Positions 21,511 through 32,901 of a DNA stretch of 64,000 bases are shown piece after piece. Within the stretch, counting starts at the first letter, position 1. Each line of letters begins with the position of its first letter. The DNA lies in assembly GCA_039794005.1 (NCBI GenBank), contig JBAMMA010000017.1, positions 28,737 to 92,736 on the forward strand, written 5' to 3'. The position numbers and the translations under genes are program-made. The stretch is from Thermoplasmata archaeon. Its GTDB lineage: Archaea > Thermoplasmatota > Thermoplasmata > Thermoplasmatales > ARK-15. The notes under the pieces were generated by a model, which worked only from the letters and a program-made list of their open reading frames with translations, did no database searches and was not told where the DNA came from.

Positions 21511-24279
21511 TTAACCCTTTTTACCAGTTTTTATTTTTGTTACTGTAAATGCAATTATTCCAGAGAGGAACCATATTATGTATAATAACATGGTTTGTAA
21601 TGGGATATAGAAAACCTGGGAAAATTCTGAGACTGCACCCCCATAAATTACAAAATGGCCACTGGATGATGTGGACATATAATTATTGGGCAGATTTATA
21701 TAATATTCATAGGAACCGTTTGGCAAATAAAAACTAATGGTTGGAGAATTGCTATGAAATACCAAATTTATGCTCTGACCGTTAAATTCCCTTCCTATTA
21801 CATTCACGGACCAGTTTACTCCATTAGGCATATTTGAAAGTGTTATGGTTATCAAATACATCTGAATTGTAAAACTAACCATTATAGATATTGGTTTTCC
21901 ATTGACGTGTATAATTCCCTGAGGATTCAACGGAATATAACCGGGGACAGATTTTACATTAAATAAATAAGTACCATTGAAAAGCATAGTATCTATATTT
22001 TGATTAGCAGAAGAAAATGTTGTTCCATTTATTGTAACTTGCCATAGAGTACCATATGGCAGACCTTCCTCGAAAAATATTACTTGATATTTTTCAGGAA
22101 TAAATTTTATAATAACTGTCATATTTTTAGTTAAATTTAATTCACCCATTCCACATGAATATTTTCTATCTATTGTACCATAATAATAAATGTAATGTCC
22201 TTGCAATAGTTTAAACGATACATTCTGGTTTTGTGTTGTTATATTTTCAGAATTTATATCTATATACCAATGGTATTTGTTTGGCAATCCATATTCAACA
22301 AAATTTACTGTATAAATTAAATATCTGAAATTGACAGAAATATTTGTTCCATGTCCAAAGACTATTATGGTTCCATTTGCTTGAACTGGTGAATATGAAC
22401 TGTTTTGAATCCAAATATGATAATGATAAGTTCCATTTGTTAAATTGAATATTATCTCATGTAAATATGTCATTTTTCTCATACCATTGCTCAAGTTAAC
22501 GCCCCAAAATGTAAACTTGGGAACAAATTTTGCATAGAAAATAATGGAATAATTAAGCTCATAAAAATTAATTTGAACGTTTAACGGTTGGCCAGAAACA
22601 TTTATTATTCCAGGCTTTGCAAAATAAATATTGTATGATGCTGATGGGATATATTCATAAGAACCGTTGGTTAAATATATTAATATATAAGATGAATTTG
22701 AATAATATCTTTTTGAATTTATAATAATAGACCATGATACATAACTTGGCAGTCCATTTTCAGTAAAGTTTACAGGTATTAAATATTGTAAAAATTGGAT
22801 TTTAATTATAATTAACGAACCATTTAAATAAAAATATCCTGATGATTCATTTGGATAATAAATTTTATTTGAGGATTGTACTGTGAAATAATATGAGCCA
22901 TTTTGCAAATCTATTATTATTGATGAATTTTCAGACGAATAAGAATTGTTAGAAATATTAACGTACCATTTTATGCCTATAGGAAGGCCTACCTCTTGAA
23001 ATATCACATGATATAAAACGGGTATGAAATTTACTTCTATATGTTCACTACTTCCATTTACCGTAAAGGATAATATTTTATTTTGTGGCATATATTTGCT
23101 ATTGTTATCAAAAACGGTAACATTATATGTTCCATTCATTAATCTTAAAATCAAATAATTTTGATTAGTATAATATGTTTTATCATATATAATACCCCAA
23201 GTGGTATTATTTGGAAGGCCTTGTTCTGTGAAATTAACGATGTAAAGATAAGGCATGAATTTTACTGTTATATTTAAAGTTTTACCTGTAACATTTATTT
23301 TACCACTGTTTGGAATTGGATAATAGTTTTTGTCTGATGAGATTATATAAAAGGAATATGAGCCATTCATGAGCTCAATCAAAATGGAATTTTTGTTTGT
23401 TTCATAAATAGAATTGTTCAATTTAACATACCACGTTAGATTACTGGGTAAACCTGTCTCATTAAAATATACTTTAGACAAATATGGTTGAAATAAAATA
23501 AATATTATTTGCGATGATCCTGAGACTGTAAAAATTCCATTTGGATTCTTTGTATAGAAATCTTTGTTTGATACATAAACGGAATATGTGTAAGTTCCAT
23601 TCTTTAAAAATATTGTAACAGAATTGGAATATGTCTTATAAAGATTTTTTCCTATATATATACCCCAAAGAGTATTTGATGGAAGACCATATTCGATAAA
23701 TGAAACGTTGTATGCAGAATATGAAAATGTTATCTGAATCGTTACGTTTGAACCATTCACAATTAATTTTCCGGAAGAGGGATTTGGGGTATATTGAGAT
23801 GATGAATTTATTTCAAAATTATAAGAACCATTCGGCAATGAAAATGTGATATAATTTGAATAAGAATATTTGACTGTGTTATTTAAATCAACCCACCACT
23901 TCGTGTTCTGAGGGAGGCCTTTTTCAGTAAAATTGACGGTATAATTATTCCATTTAAAAGTTATATTTATTGTTAAAATTTTACCAGATACATTAAAGGT
24001 TCCGGATGAGGGAACGGGATATAAATCCTTATTTTTTGAATAAACAGTAAAATTATAAGTTCCATTAGATAATGTGAATAATATTGATTTTGATGTGCTA
24101 TTTTCTTGTGTCCCATTTATTTGAACAGACCATTCATATCCTACCGGCAGACCGGTTTCATTAAAATAAATGTTGTATTTTATAAAGGGAAATATTTTTC
24201 CATTATTTTGGACGTAATTTATTTGAAAGTTTAATAATATCAAAATAAATATTGAGAAGACTACTAAAATCCTCTTCAT
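21511..24279 (-). CDS. surface glycoprotein built of about 11 thermopsin-associated F.E.GLP...W repeats
   Basis: Signal peptide, tandem ~80-aa repeats (V.F.E.GLP....W.V...NGSY), C-terminal TM. Confidence 0.75.
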   Translation of the reverse strand: MKRILVVFSIFILILLNFQINYVQNNGKIFPFIKYNIYFNETGLPVGYEWSVQINGTQENSTSKSILFTLSNGTYNFTVYSKNKDLYPVPSSGTFNVSGKILTINITFKWNNYTVNFTEKGLPQNTKWWVDLNNTVKYSYSNYITFSLPNGSYNFEINSSSQYTPNPSSGKLIVNGSNVTIQITFSYSAYNVSFIEYGLPSNTLWGIYIGKNLYKTYSNSVTIFLKNGTYTYSVYVSNKDFYTKNPNGIFTVSGSSQIIFILFQPYLSKVYFNETGLPSNLTWYVKLNNSIYETNKNSILIELMNGSYSFYIISSDKNYYPIPNSGKINVTGKTLNITVKFMPYLYIVNFTEQGLPNNTTWGIIYDKTYYTNQNYLILRLMNGTYNVTVFDNNSKYMPQNKILSFTVNGSSEHIEVNFIPVLYHVIFQEVGLPIGIKWYVNISNNSYSSENSSIIIDLQNGSYYFTVQSSNKIYYPNESSGYFYLNGSLIIIKIQFLQYLIPVNFTENGLPSYVSWSIIINSKRYYSNSSYILIYLTNGSYEYIPSASYNIYFAKPGIINVSGQPLNVQINFYELNYSIIFYAKFVPKFTFWGVNLSNGMRKMTYLHEIIFNLTNGTYHYHIWIQNSSYSPVQANGTIIVFGHGTNISVNFRYLIYTVNFVEYGLPNKYHWYIDINSENITTQNQNVSFKLLQGHYIYYYGTIDRKYSCGMGELNLTKNMTVIIKFIPEKYQVIFFEEGLPYGTLWQVTINGTTFSSANQNIDTMLFNGTYLFNVKSVPGYIPLNPQGIIHVNGKPISIMVSFTIQMYLITITLSNMPNGVNWSVNVIGREFNGQSINLVFHSNSPTISFYLPNGSYEYYINLPNNYMSTSSSGHFVIYGGAVSEFSQVFYIPLQTMLLYIIWFLSGIIAFTVTKIKTGKKG

Positions 24280-25323
24280 ACCCACTCATAAATTTATTAA
24301 TCTATTTGATATATAAAATTATCGAATTTATTATTTTTTATAAATACAGAAATGCTATATATCAACTAACCTATCCTTGGACTGTAATCTCGACATCGCA
24401 TTGAAATTTCCAGCTTATTCCTGGAAAATTACAATACACAAATCACTAGAGAAATATGCATAGAATAGGTTTCTGTTTAAAACCAATAATAAAATTACAG
24501 AATCGGAACAGAGAATATCTAATATTAATATATTCTAAGATCTATTCTTAGACGAAATTGGTATTTACTATCATTTAAGGTTATTTTTTCACATAATATA
24601 TTTAAAACATGTTTTTGAATTATTTTTTAATCTATTTTTATTACCAAGTTCTTTCAGATTTGTTTGAGGAATATATAAAAAATTTCAACAAAAAAATATG
24701 CATTCTCAAAGTTTTGCTTTTAATATTTTAAGGAATATTATTTACAGCATGTAATTTATATTGGTATCTTCTTAAATTATCATTAAAAACAAAATAACCT
24801 TTTGTATATGATTCATTCAACAAATTATTTGCATGCTCTTTATTTTTATCTATATTCTTTCAAACATTTTATAGTTTATAGATCTTTTCTTTATTTAAAA
24901 AACCTTGTATTTCATTTTATTCAACGACTTAATGTTCTCTATCTCAATACATTTCGAGATAATTGCTAATTTATCCATTTCCATATAAGCCTCAACTTCT
25001 AATGTTTTTCTTCAATCTTCTATTTTCCCCTTCAAAAAATTTATAATTTATTCCATTATCAGACATTTTCATTTAATACATAACCACATGAACATTGTGA
25101 TATTGAAAAATTTAAAATTAATGATGTTCTCTTACCAATCTTTAATGCATGGATATATAAAATTTTTATAATTATAAAAAATAATTATCAATCATTCAAT
25201 CAAGAAAAGGCATTTAGGTATAAAATCATAATTTAAAATTTTATTATTTTTAAATTTAACTTTAAATTATTTTTCCAAATGGAAAGAATAAAAATAATAT
25301 AATATGTTTTCTAATAAAGTTTA

Positions 25324-26502
25324 ATGAATGTTTTACTGGTAATTTCACTCGCTTCATTAATTATATTCATAGGATTTTTAGGTGATTTAGCTTTTAAAAA
25401 ATTAAGGTTTCCAGATATACTTGTACTTTTGTTAATTGGATATTTAATAGTCTTTTTTTTAAAAACAAACGAATATTTAGTATTAAATGAATATATGCCT
25501 CTGGCTGCAACAATATCACTTATAATAATATTATTTGAAGGTGGATTAACACTAAATATATCCAGTACCAGAAAGATTTTAAAAGACTCTATTTTAATGG
25601 CCATCTCATATTATTCAGTTTCATTTTTATTAATATATATTTCATTATATTTATTGAAAATAAATGATCTTTCTGAATTTTTATATGCATCCATCTTATC
25701 ATCCCCCAGCGTAGCAATCGTTATTTCATTGGTAAATAGATCAAACATGGATGATGAAAAAAGACATAAATATATATTATATGCGACTATTTTGGACCTG
25801 ATTTCAATTATTGTCACGATATCCATACTACAATACTATCCAATAACATTTAATAATCTAATTAAAGTTGTTGCCTCAATTATTTCCGTTATTATTCTTC
25901 AATCTTTCATTGGAGGATTGGCAGGTATTTTATGGACAGAAATATTGAGAAAGATTGGTAATATCGATTTATCTTACATGTTAACTCTGGCTTATGTTTT
26001 GGCCATATATTCAATATCTTCATTGCTCTGGAGTAATGGTATGATCACAGTTATTATGATCGGTTTAATCCTAGCAAATAGTAACAAAATTAGAAATATA
26101 TTAGGAATTAATAATTTCAATGTAGATAATAATATAATGAGATTTAATAGAGAGGTATCATTTTTCTTCAGAACTATAATATTCGTTTCTATTGGATCGA
26201 TGTTATACATAGCCAGGATCAATTTTCATTTATTATTAATAATTTTAATAATTTTAGTAATAATATACGTTGTTCAAATTTTAACAACAAAGTTCGTTGA
26301 AAATAGTATAATAAATAGACATTTTCACTATCTAATGCCTAGAGGATTAACTCAAATAACAATGGCCATATTGGCATATTCTTCCGGATATAAAAATTAT
26401 GACATAATTTATGTTGTTACTTTTGTTATAATAATAACAAATATAATAACACCACTATTTATTTACTTTTCAAAAATAAAAAATATATTAAAAAATAAAT
26501 AA
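25324..26502 (+). CDS. cation:proton antiporter (CPA1/NhaP-like)
   Basis: PDILVLLLIG, IILFEGGL, FFFRTIIFV, MPRGL; about 12 TM. Confidence 0.75.
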   Translation: MNVLLVISLASLIIFIGFLGDLAFKKLRFPDILVLLLIGYLIVFFLKTNEYLVLNEYMPLAATISLIIILFEGGLTLNISSTRKILKDSILMAISYYSVSFLLIYISLYLLKINDLSEFLYASILSSPSVAIVISLVNRSNMDDEKRHKYILYATILDLISIIVTISILQYYPITFNNLIKVVASIISVIILQSFIGGLAGILWTEILRKIGNIDLSYMLTLAYVLAIYSISSLLWSNGMITVIMIGLILANSNKIRNILGINNFNVDNNIMRFNREVSFFFRTIIFVSIGSMLYIARINFHLLLIILIILVIIYVVQILTTKFVENSIINRHFHYLMPRGLTQITMAILAYSSGYKNYDIIYVVTFVIIITNIITPLFIYFSKIKNILKNK

Positions 26503-26504
26503 CT

Positions 26505-27467
26505 TTATTTTTTAATTCTTAAATCTTCATAAGCGCTTAATGCTGCAACTGCTCCCTGCCCGGCAGATATTATGATTTGACCGGATTCACCTGTAACATC
26601 TCCTGCCGCATAAACATATTTTATATTTGTCCTCATTTTTTTATCCACAATCACATAACCTTTTTGATCCATGTTTATGTTTGTATTTTTTAAGAAATAT
26701 GTTTGTGGTATAAGTCCAACATAAATAAATACTCCATCCACCTTTATTTCCTTTTCTTCATTTGTAGACCTGTCCTTGAAGTATACAGAAGATACTTTTC
26801 CAGAAGATCCTTTAATTTCTAACACCTGTGCGTTCATTATATATTCTATATTCTTCTCCTTTATCTGATCAACGTAAGCCTTTTCACACATATATCTAGG
26901 CATATATTCTATGATCGTTGGTTCGACACCAACATCTTTTAAATATAATGCTGCAATAGCTCCTGAATTTCCACCACCTATGACTGCAACCTTTTTATTT
27001 TTGAATAAATAGGCATCACAAGTGACACAATATGAAACACCCTTTCCATAATATTCTTCTTCACCCTTAACACCAAGCTTTTTATGAGTGGTTCCTGTGG
27101 CAATAATCATGGAATCCGCGGTAACCGTTTGATCATTTGATAAATATAAAAATATCTTTTTGTCTATTTTTACATCCTTCACTTCAATGCCGTTGAATAT
27201 ATCCAGATAATCACTTGCATGTTTTCTAAAATATGACGCTAACTCTTCACCAGATATTGATCTAAAACCTAGATAATTTTCTATAAGTGGATCTTCAGAA
27301 ACCAGTCCACCTGCAAGGTTTTTATCAATTATTACGGCATTTAGACCTGATCTTTTGGCATAAATACCAGCCGATAATCCTGCAGGACCGCCACCTATTA
27401 TAACCAATTCATAATGTTCCTCTAAATTATTACTCTCTTCAGCTGTTAAAGAAATTTGTGGTATCAT
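26505..27467 (-). CDS. trxB: thioredoxin reductase (Thermoplasma type)
   Basis: GGGPAG, GKGVSYCVTCD, GGGNSG, YAAGDV. Confidence 0.92.
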   Translation of the reverse strand: MIPQISLTAEESNNLEEHYELVIIGGGPAGLSAGIYAKRSGLNAVIIDKNLAGGLVSEDPLIENYLGFRSISGEELASYFRKHASDYLDIFNGIEVKDVKIDKKIFLYLSNDQTVTADSMIIATGTTHKKLGVKGEEEYYGKGVSYCVTCDAYLFKNKKVAVIGGGNSGAIAALYLKDVGVEPTIIEYMPRYMCEKAYVDQIKEKNIEYIMNAQVLEIKGSSGKVSSVYFKDRSTNEEKEIKVDGVFIYVGLIPQTYFLKNTNINMDQKGYVIVDKKMRTNIKYVYAAGDVTGESGQIIISAGQGAVAALSAYEDLRIKK

Positions 27468-27500
27468 AAAAATAAAAATAACAAAAATAAATTTAAATTT

Positions 27501-29156
27501 TTACATTTCTGGCATTCCACCCGGTGCTCCGGGAGGCATTCCGGGTTGTCCAGTTCCTCCTTGACCCGGCTGGTTTTCCTTCTTCTTTGCCGCAATTACA
27601 TCGTCTATCCTTAGGATCATCGATGCAACTTCCATGGCACTTTCAATGGCCTGTGATTTAACTTTCACTGGTTCAATTACACCTAAAGATATCATGTCCT
27701 CTATTTTGTTTCCAAGGACATCAACGCCGAACGTTTTCTTGCCCTCTTCGTGCATACTCTTCAATTTCATCAATATTGTTATTGCATCCATTCCCGCATT
27801 TTCTGCCAATGTTCTTGGTATAATTTCAAGTGCCTCTGCAAATTTTTCAACGGCCAACTGTTCTCTGCCACCCACCTTATGTGCAAATTCCCTGATCCTT
27901 AATGCAAGTTCTGTTTCTACTGCTCCACCTCCAGGTACTGCAAGACCCTCTTCCAGTGTTACACCAACGACTTTAATTGCATCCTGTAGGGCCCTCTCCA
28001 CCTCTGCAATAACGTGCTCTGTACCACCCCTGATCAATATTGAGACCGCATGTGGATCTTTGCATCCCCTAACAAATGTCATATAATCGTTACCGATCTT
28101 TAATTCTTCGACTACATCTGCTTTACCAAGATCGGATTCTTTGAGATCATCAAGGTTTGTTATAATCTTTGCTCCAGTTGCTTTTGCCAGGCTTTCCATA
28201 TCGCTCTTCTTGATTCTCCTGGCAGCATATATGTTGTACTTTGCAAGATAATGCTGCGCAAGGTCATCAATTCCTTTCTGTGTAAATACAACATTGGCTC
28301 CGGATTTAACTATCTTTTCAACCATCTCCCTGAGTTGATTTTCTTCCTCCTTCAAGAATTCATGTATTTTTGTTGGATCCTCAATTTGTATTTTTGCACT
28401 TATTTCCGTTTTCTTTATTTCAAGTCCTTCATTTAATAGCACAATCTTTGCTCCTTTAACAATTTTTGGCATCCTTGGATGTACCTTTTCTTTATCTAAT
28501 ACAATGCCATCTATCAACTGAGTATCCTTTACTCCTCCTCCTGCCTTCTTCTCAATTTTAATGCTATCGAAATCAACCTTTGTTTTACCTTCAATTTCCT
28601 GAGCAACTGTAGACACTGCTTTTACCACTAGATTTGCAAAATATTCCCTATCTGGTCCAATGTTCTTTCCTGTCATGGCTGTCATTGCAATCTTCTTTAA
28701 TATTTCTGTATCGTTCTTAGATACTTTCATTGCAATTTGTGGAAGTATCTCCAAGGCTTTTTGACTTGCCATCCTATATCCATTTGTTATAATTGTAGCA
28801 TGTATATTTTGTTCTAACAAGGCTTCTGCCTGCTTTAATAATTCGCCTGCCAATACTACGGATGTTGTGGTACCATCACCAACAGCCATATCCTGTGCTT
28901 TTGCAACCTCCACAATCATCTTTGCGGCTGGATGCTGAACATCAATTTCTTTTAAGATTGTAGCACCATCATTTGTTATTACAATATCTCCAAGTGAATC
29001 AACAAGCATTTTATCCATTCCTTTTGGTCCTAATGTTGTTCTAACAGCATCTGCGATGGCCTTTGCGGCCTGTATATTATTCTTTTGAGCGTTTTTACCT
29101 GTTTCTCTTTCAGTCCCCTCTTTTAATACCAAAATTGGAACCTGTCCTGCTAACAT
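27501..29156 (-). CDS. thsA: thermosome subunit alpha (group II chaperonin)
   Basis: [31 protein letters not shown]-rich tail. Confidence 0.95.
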   Translation of the reverse strand: MLAGQVPILVLKEGTERETGKNAQKNNIQAAKAIADAVRTTLGPKGMDKMLVDSLGDIVITNDGATILKEIDVQHPAAKMIVEVAKAQDMAVGDGTTTSVVLAGELLKQAEALLEQNIHATIITNGYRMASQKALEILPQIAMKVSKNDTEILKKIAMTAMTGKNIGPDREYFANLVVKAVSTVAQEIEGKTKVDFDSIKIEKKAGGGVKDTQLIDGIVLDKEKVHPRMPKIVKGAKIVLLNEGLEIKKTEISAKIQIEDPTKIHEFLKEEENQLREMVEKIVKSGANVVFTQKGIDDLAQHYLAKYNIYAARRIKKSDMESLAKATGAKIITNLDDLKESDLGKADVVEELKIGNDYMTFVRGCKDPHAVSILIRGGTEHVIAEVERALQDAIKVVGVTLEEGLAVPGGGAVETELALRIREFAHKVGGREQLAVEKFAEALEIIPRTLAENAGMDAITILMKLKSMHEEGKKTFGVDVLGNKIEDMISLGVIEPVKVKSQAIESAMEVASMILRIDDVIAAKKKENQPGQGGTGQPGMPPGAPGGMPEM

Positions 29157-29243
29157 CAAAACCACCTCTTAATTTTTGTAAAATATAACTTCTATTTAAA
29201 TTTTCCCCATAATAGATTTTTATTTTAATTCATTATTATAACT

Positions 29244-30671
29244 ATGAAAATTGGTTTTTACAATGGATACATATATGATCCAAAGAATGACAATTTTATT
29301 TCAAATTTAATAGTTGAAGGAAATAGAATTTTGGATGTTGACAATTACCTTAAATTGAATGAATGTGATCTAAAGGTTGATTTAAATAAAAAGATGTTGA
29401 TTCCGGCATTTGTTGATACCCATTTACATCTCGATGAAATAGGTATATTTTTGAATTCCCTGAATTTAAAAGATGTTAATTCAATAAATGAATTAAGATT
29501 AAAAATTAAGAATTTTAATAAAAAAGGCCCAATATTTGGCATGGGATGGGACGATGAAAAGATGGGAAGATGGCCAACAATTGATGATATTTCAGAATTT
29601 AATGATGAATATATTTTGCTTGCAAGGAATGATCTTCATTCGGGATTAGTAAATAAAAAACTTGAGACCGATGCAGATTTAAATACTGAAGATGGAATTG
29701 TTAAGGAAAAGGAATTTGAGAGAGCAAGAGAATTTATGATAAAAAATATACCAATGGAAATAAAGGAAAAATATTTAAAAGATTCTATAAATTATTTGAA
29801 TTTTTTCGGTATTACAACTGTGGGATACATGTCCTGCTATGGAGATTGGTGCAAAATTTTAAGGAAGTTGGACATTAATAATGATTTAACTTTAAGAATA
29901 TTTTCATATTTAAATTACGAGGAAATTGTAAAAAGGGATGAATTATATTTTGGAAAATATTATAAAGAACATGGTTTAAAGGTATATTCAGATGGTAGTT
30001 TGGGCTCAAAAACTGCATATTTATCGTTCAACTATGAAAATGATATTAATAACAGAGGGGTTAAATTAATTGAAGATGAGAAGAAGTTTAAAAACATTTG
30101 TGAAAAATTTGATTGTGATCTTGCTGTCCATGCAATTGGAGATGCGGCCTTAGACATAGTTTTAGAAATGGCAAAATTTCATAAAAGAATTAGAATAGAG
30201 CATGCATCGATTGTGAGGGATGATCAATTGAAAAAATTAAAAAATATGAGGATATCAATTCAACCCGGATTCATATTAACAGACTTTTGGATTGATAAAA
30301 GAATAGGTAAAGAAAGATTAGGAATGGCATATAGGATAAAAGATTTGGTTAAAGATAATCTTGTATCATTTTCATCAGATGCTCCTGTGGAAATACCCAA
30401 TCCATTTAGAAATATTTATGCATCAGTATATAGGGGGAAGTTCGAAAAATTGCCTATAAGCGAAACAGATCAAAACATAAGTTTAAAGGAAGCCATAAAA
30501 TTGCATACATGTAATGGGGCTAAATTTTTTGATCTAGAATCTGGAGCTATTGAAAAAGGATTTCTCGCAGATTTTGTAGTAATAAATAAAAATATATTTG
30601 ATGAAGAAGATATTTTGAATTTACATGTTGAAAATGTTTATTTTGATGGAAAATTGATTTCAACCAGATAA
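29244..30671 (+). CDS. amidohydrolase 3 family (YtcJ-like)
   Basis: PAFVDTHLH, KVYSDGSLGSKTA, HAIGD, RIEHAS, SSDAPV. Confidence 0.85.
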   Translation: MKIGFYNGYIYDPKNDNFISNLIVEGNRILDVDNYLKLNECDLKVDLNKKMLIPAFVDTHLHLDEIGIFLNSLNLKDVNSINELRLKIKNFNKKGPIFGMGWDDEKMGRWPTIDDISEFNDEYILLARNDLHSGLVNKKLETDADLNTEDGIVKEKEFERAREFMIKNIPMEIKEKYLKDSINYLNFFGITTVGYMSCYGDWCKILRKLDINNDLTLRIFSYLNYEEIVKRDELYFGKYYKEHGLKVYSDGSLGSKTAYLSFNYENDINNRGVKLIEDEKKFKNICEKFDCDLAVHAIGDAALDIVLEMAKFHKRIRIEHASIVRDDQLKKLKNMRISIQPGFILTDFWIDKRIGKERLGMAYRIKDLVKDNLVSFSSDAPVEIPNPFRNIYASVYRGKFEKLPISETDQNISLKEAIKLHTCNGAKFFDLESGAIEKGFLADFVVINKNIFDEEDILNLHVENVYFDGKLISTR

Positions 30672-31254
30672 ATTAAATTTTTTAAATATAATTAAAATAA
30701 AATTTCATTTAGAAGATCTAATGCAATAATCTAAATAAAAATATTTAAATGTTTTAAAATTAATAAATGATCATTAATAAGGACTTTGTATTAGTTACAA
30801 TTGCATTATTAATAAACGGAAGGACAATATGAATTAAATTAGTATAATTTTATTAAAAAGATTGTTTCAAATAAATATAGTTGAGGAAATACATAATAAC
30901 ATTTTAGATTATATCATTTATATAAAGGTTGGTAAATAAAAGAGTTGATGGAATAACAAAAAAGTTTTTTCAATACAATTAAAATGAAGATTTTCTTTTG
31001 ACCTCGGAAAATAAAACATAAAAGTGAATTATGTGGCCTTAGAGTTATATTGAAAATGATATAAATAGAGGTGGAAAAAGATGAATGATAAGATTAAAAG
31101 ATACATTGAAAAAATGCTATGAAAAGATTAGTTAATATATAAAATGTTGCTGAACCATTTGATATATTATGAAATATGAATTTTAATGGACTAAAGGTCA
31201 AATTATTGTCCTTAATTATTTAAGAATGGACTTTTATACAAATAATCTTTAATT

Positions 31255-31905
31255 CTATCCATTTTTTAAATATTTTATTGTGTAAAATAATGATAAGGAG
31301 GATAAAACATAAAATATTATGAATATATTAATAAAATTCTCAGCATAACTGTTAGAAATTGACAATCTTGGATTTGATAATATGAATGCAAAAATGATTA
31401 TTAATAAGGAAAAGAAAAATAGATATGCGGAGAATAGGAAAAAAGGTTTTATTCTAAGATATTTATTTATATCCAATTTTTCTTTTATATGATATTCAAA
31501 AAAATATTTATATCTTTTAATAAAAAGATAATAAATGAAAAACAATATAATAATTAAAAATACAATAAAAACGTATAAATAAAAGAATATGATATTCAAT
31601 GATTCCCTTAAAATAATTGTATAAAAAACAATAGGGGATATTATGCTTAAAATAATCAAAAGAATAAATATCAAGAACGAATTTTTTAATATAATTTTGT
31701 CAGATTTTCCAGATTCTCTTTCAAATCTATAAGTATTGTAAAAAAACATTGAAAAAAATATTGTTGGAATTGATATTAAAACAGACATCAACAATTTTAT
31801 TACAAAAATTTCTAAAAAATATGAAAGGATATAGATTAATGCTATCAAGTATGTTGAATATAAAAGGTATTTCTGAATTTTGTTCAAATAATCTTTAAAT
31901 TCCAT
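31255..31905 (-). CDS. hypothetical membrane protein (about 6 TM)
   Basis: 216-aa ORF with hydrophobic helices, extremely AT-rich. Confidence 0.55.
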   Translation of the reverse strand: MEFKDYLNKIQKYLLYSTYLIALIYILSYFLEIFVIKLLMSVLISIPTIFFSMFFYNTYRFERESGKSDKIILKNSFLIFILLIILSIISPIVFYTIILRESLNIIFFYLYVFIVFLIIILFFIYYLFIKRYKYFFEYHIKEKLDINKYLRIKPFFLFSAYLFFFSLLIIIFAFILSNPRLSISNSYAENFINIFIIFYVLSSLSLFYTIKYLKNG

Positions 31906-31984
31906 AAATATGTGAAAGATACAGAACGTTATATAAATTATGCATATAAAAACTTATATAATATTTTTTATTTTAAAATAAATT

Positions 31985-32473
31985 ATGAAGGTTCAAAGAA
32001 TAATAATTGTTGTTTCTATTGTGATCGTAATTATTATAATAATATCCATATTAATGTTATCAAATTTATCTTCATTCCAAAATTATAAGTTTGTTGCTAT
32101 TACACCAGAGCAATTACATCAAATATGTGGATACAATTTTACATGGATAAAACATTATTCAAACATTTATAATATATTAAGTCTTAATGTCACATATTAT
32201 ATTCCTAGTATACATTGGGCCCCAATAGAGCTATTATTATATAAATTTAACAATACGTACATGGCTATGAGCATAGGATCTTTTCCACCAACGGTCAATT
32301 ACATCTCAGGAAACTATAAACTATTTTCATATGAAATACAAACGGGGAATAAAATAACAACTGTGAGATTTTACTCAGGATACTATGCCGGAATATTTTT
32401 CTTCTATCAACCCTGTACAAATATAAATTATGTAATTCAAGTAATACAAACTCAAATAAATGATATGGAATAA
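31985..32473 (+). CDS. hypothetical membrane-anchored/secreted protein
   Basis: N-terminal TM followed by N/Y-rich extracellular-like domain. Confidence 0.55.
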   Translation: MKVQRIIIVVSIVIVIIIIISILMLSNLSSFQNYKFVAITPEQLHQICGYNFTWIKHYSNIYNILSLNVTYYIPSIHWAPIELLLYKFNNTYMAMSIGSFPPTVNYISGNYKLFSYEIQTGNKITTVRFYSGYYAGIFFFYQPCTNINYVIQVIQTQINDME

Positions 32474-32477
32474 AATT

Positions 32478-32777
32478 TTATTGTAATTCTTTTAATCTTT
32501 TTTGTATTTGTTCCATTCTCTCTTGTAGATACTTTAATTCATTTTCTAGCATTTCTTTTTCATTTATATTGTTTTGTAATGGTGTATATATACTGTAATA
32601 AGGTGGGTTTGGATAATTCTGGTAATTTGGTATGAAATAATTCATACTTTGATAGAAATATGGGTTGAACCTCCATCCTCTAGGTAGTCCTGTGTAGGGA
32701 CAATAACCAAGAATTGCACCATATCCATGACCTGCCCCGTAAAACATACCTCTACCAAAGAATGGTCTTCCAAACAT
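32478..32777 (-). CDS. DUF5320-like protein
   Basis: G-rich N-terminus, CPYTGLPRGW, Y/P-rich middle, C-terminal coiled coil EKEMLENELKYLQERM; ATG after AGGTGA. Confidence 0.6.
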   Translation of the reverse strand: MFGRPFFGRGMFYGAGHGYGAILGYCPYTGLPRGWRFNPYFYQSMNYFIPNYQNYPNPPYYSIYTPLQNNINEKEMLENELKYLQERMEQIQKRLKELQ

Positions 32778-32790
32778 ATTTATCACCTAA

Positions 32791-32806
32791 TTACTCATAT
32801 GAGTAA
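32791..32806. promoter_or_regulatory. perfect 16-bp palindrome TTACTCATATGAGTAA, putative operator
   Basis: Exact self-complementarity; lies between a TATA-like box (about 32810-32820) and the RBS of the DUF5320-like gene. Confidence 0.6.
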
Positions 32807-32901
32807 AAATATTTAAATTTTTTCCTTAAAATACCAAATTCTTTTAAGAAAAGCTTTATATAAAAATTATATATTAACACACAGAATAAAGGTGATGGTA
32901 A

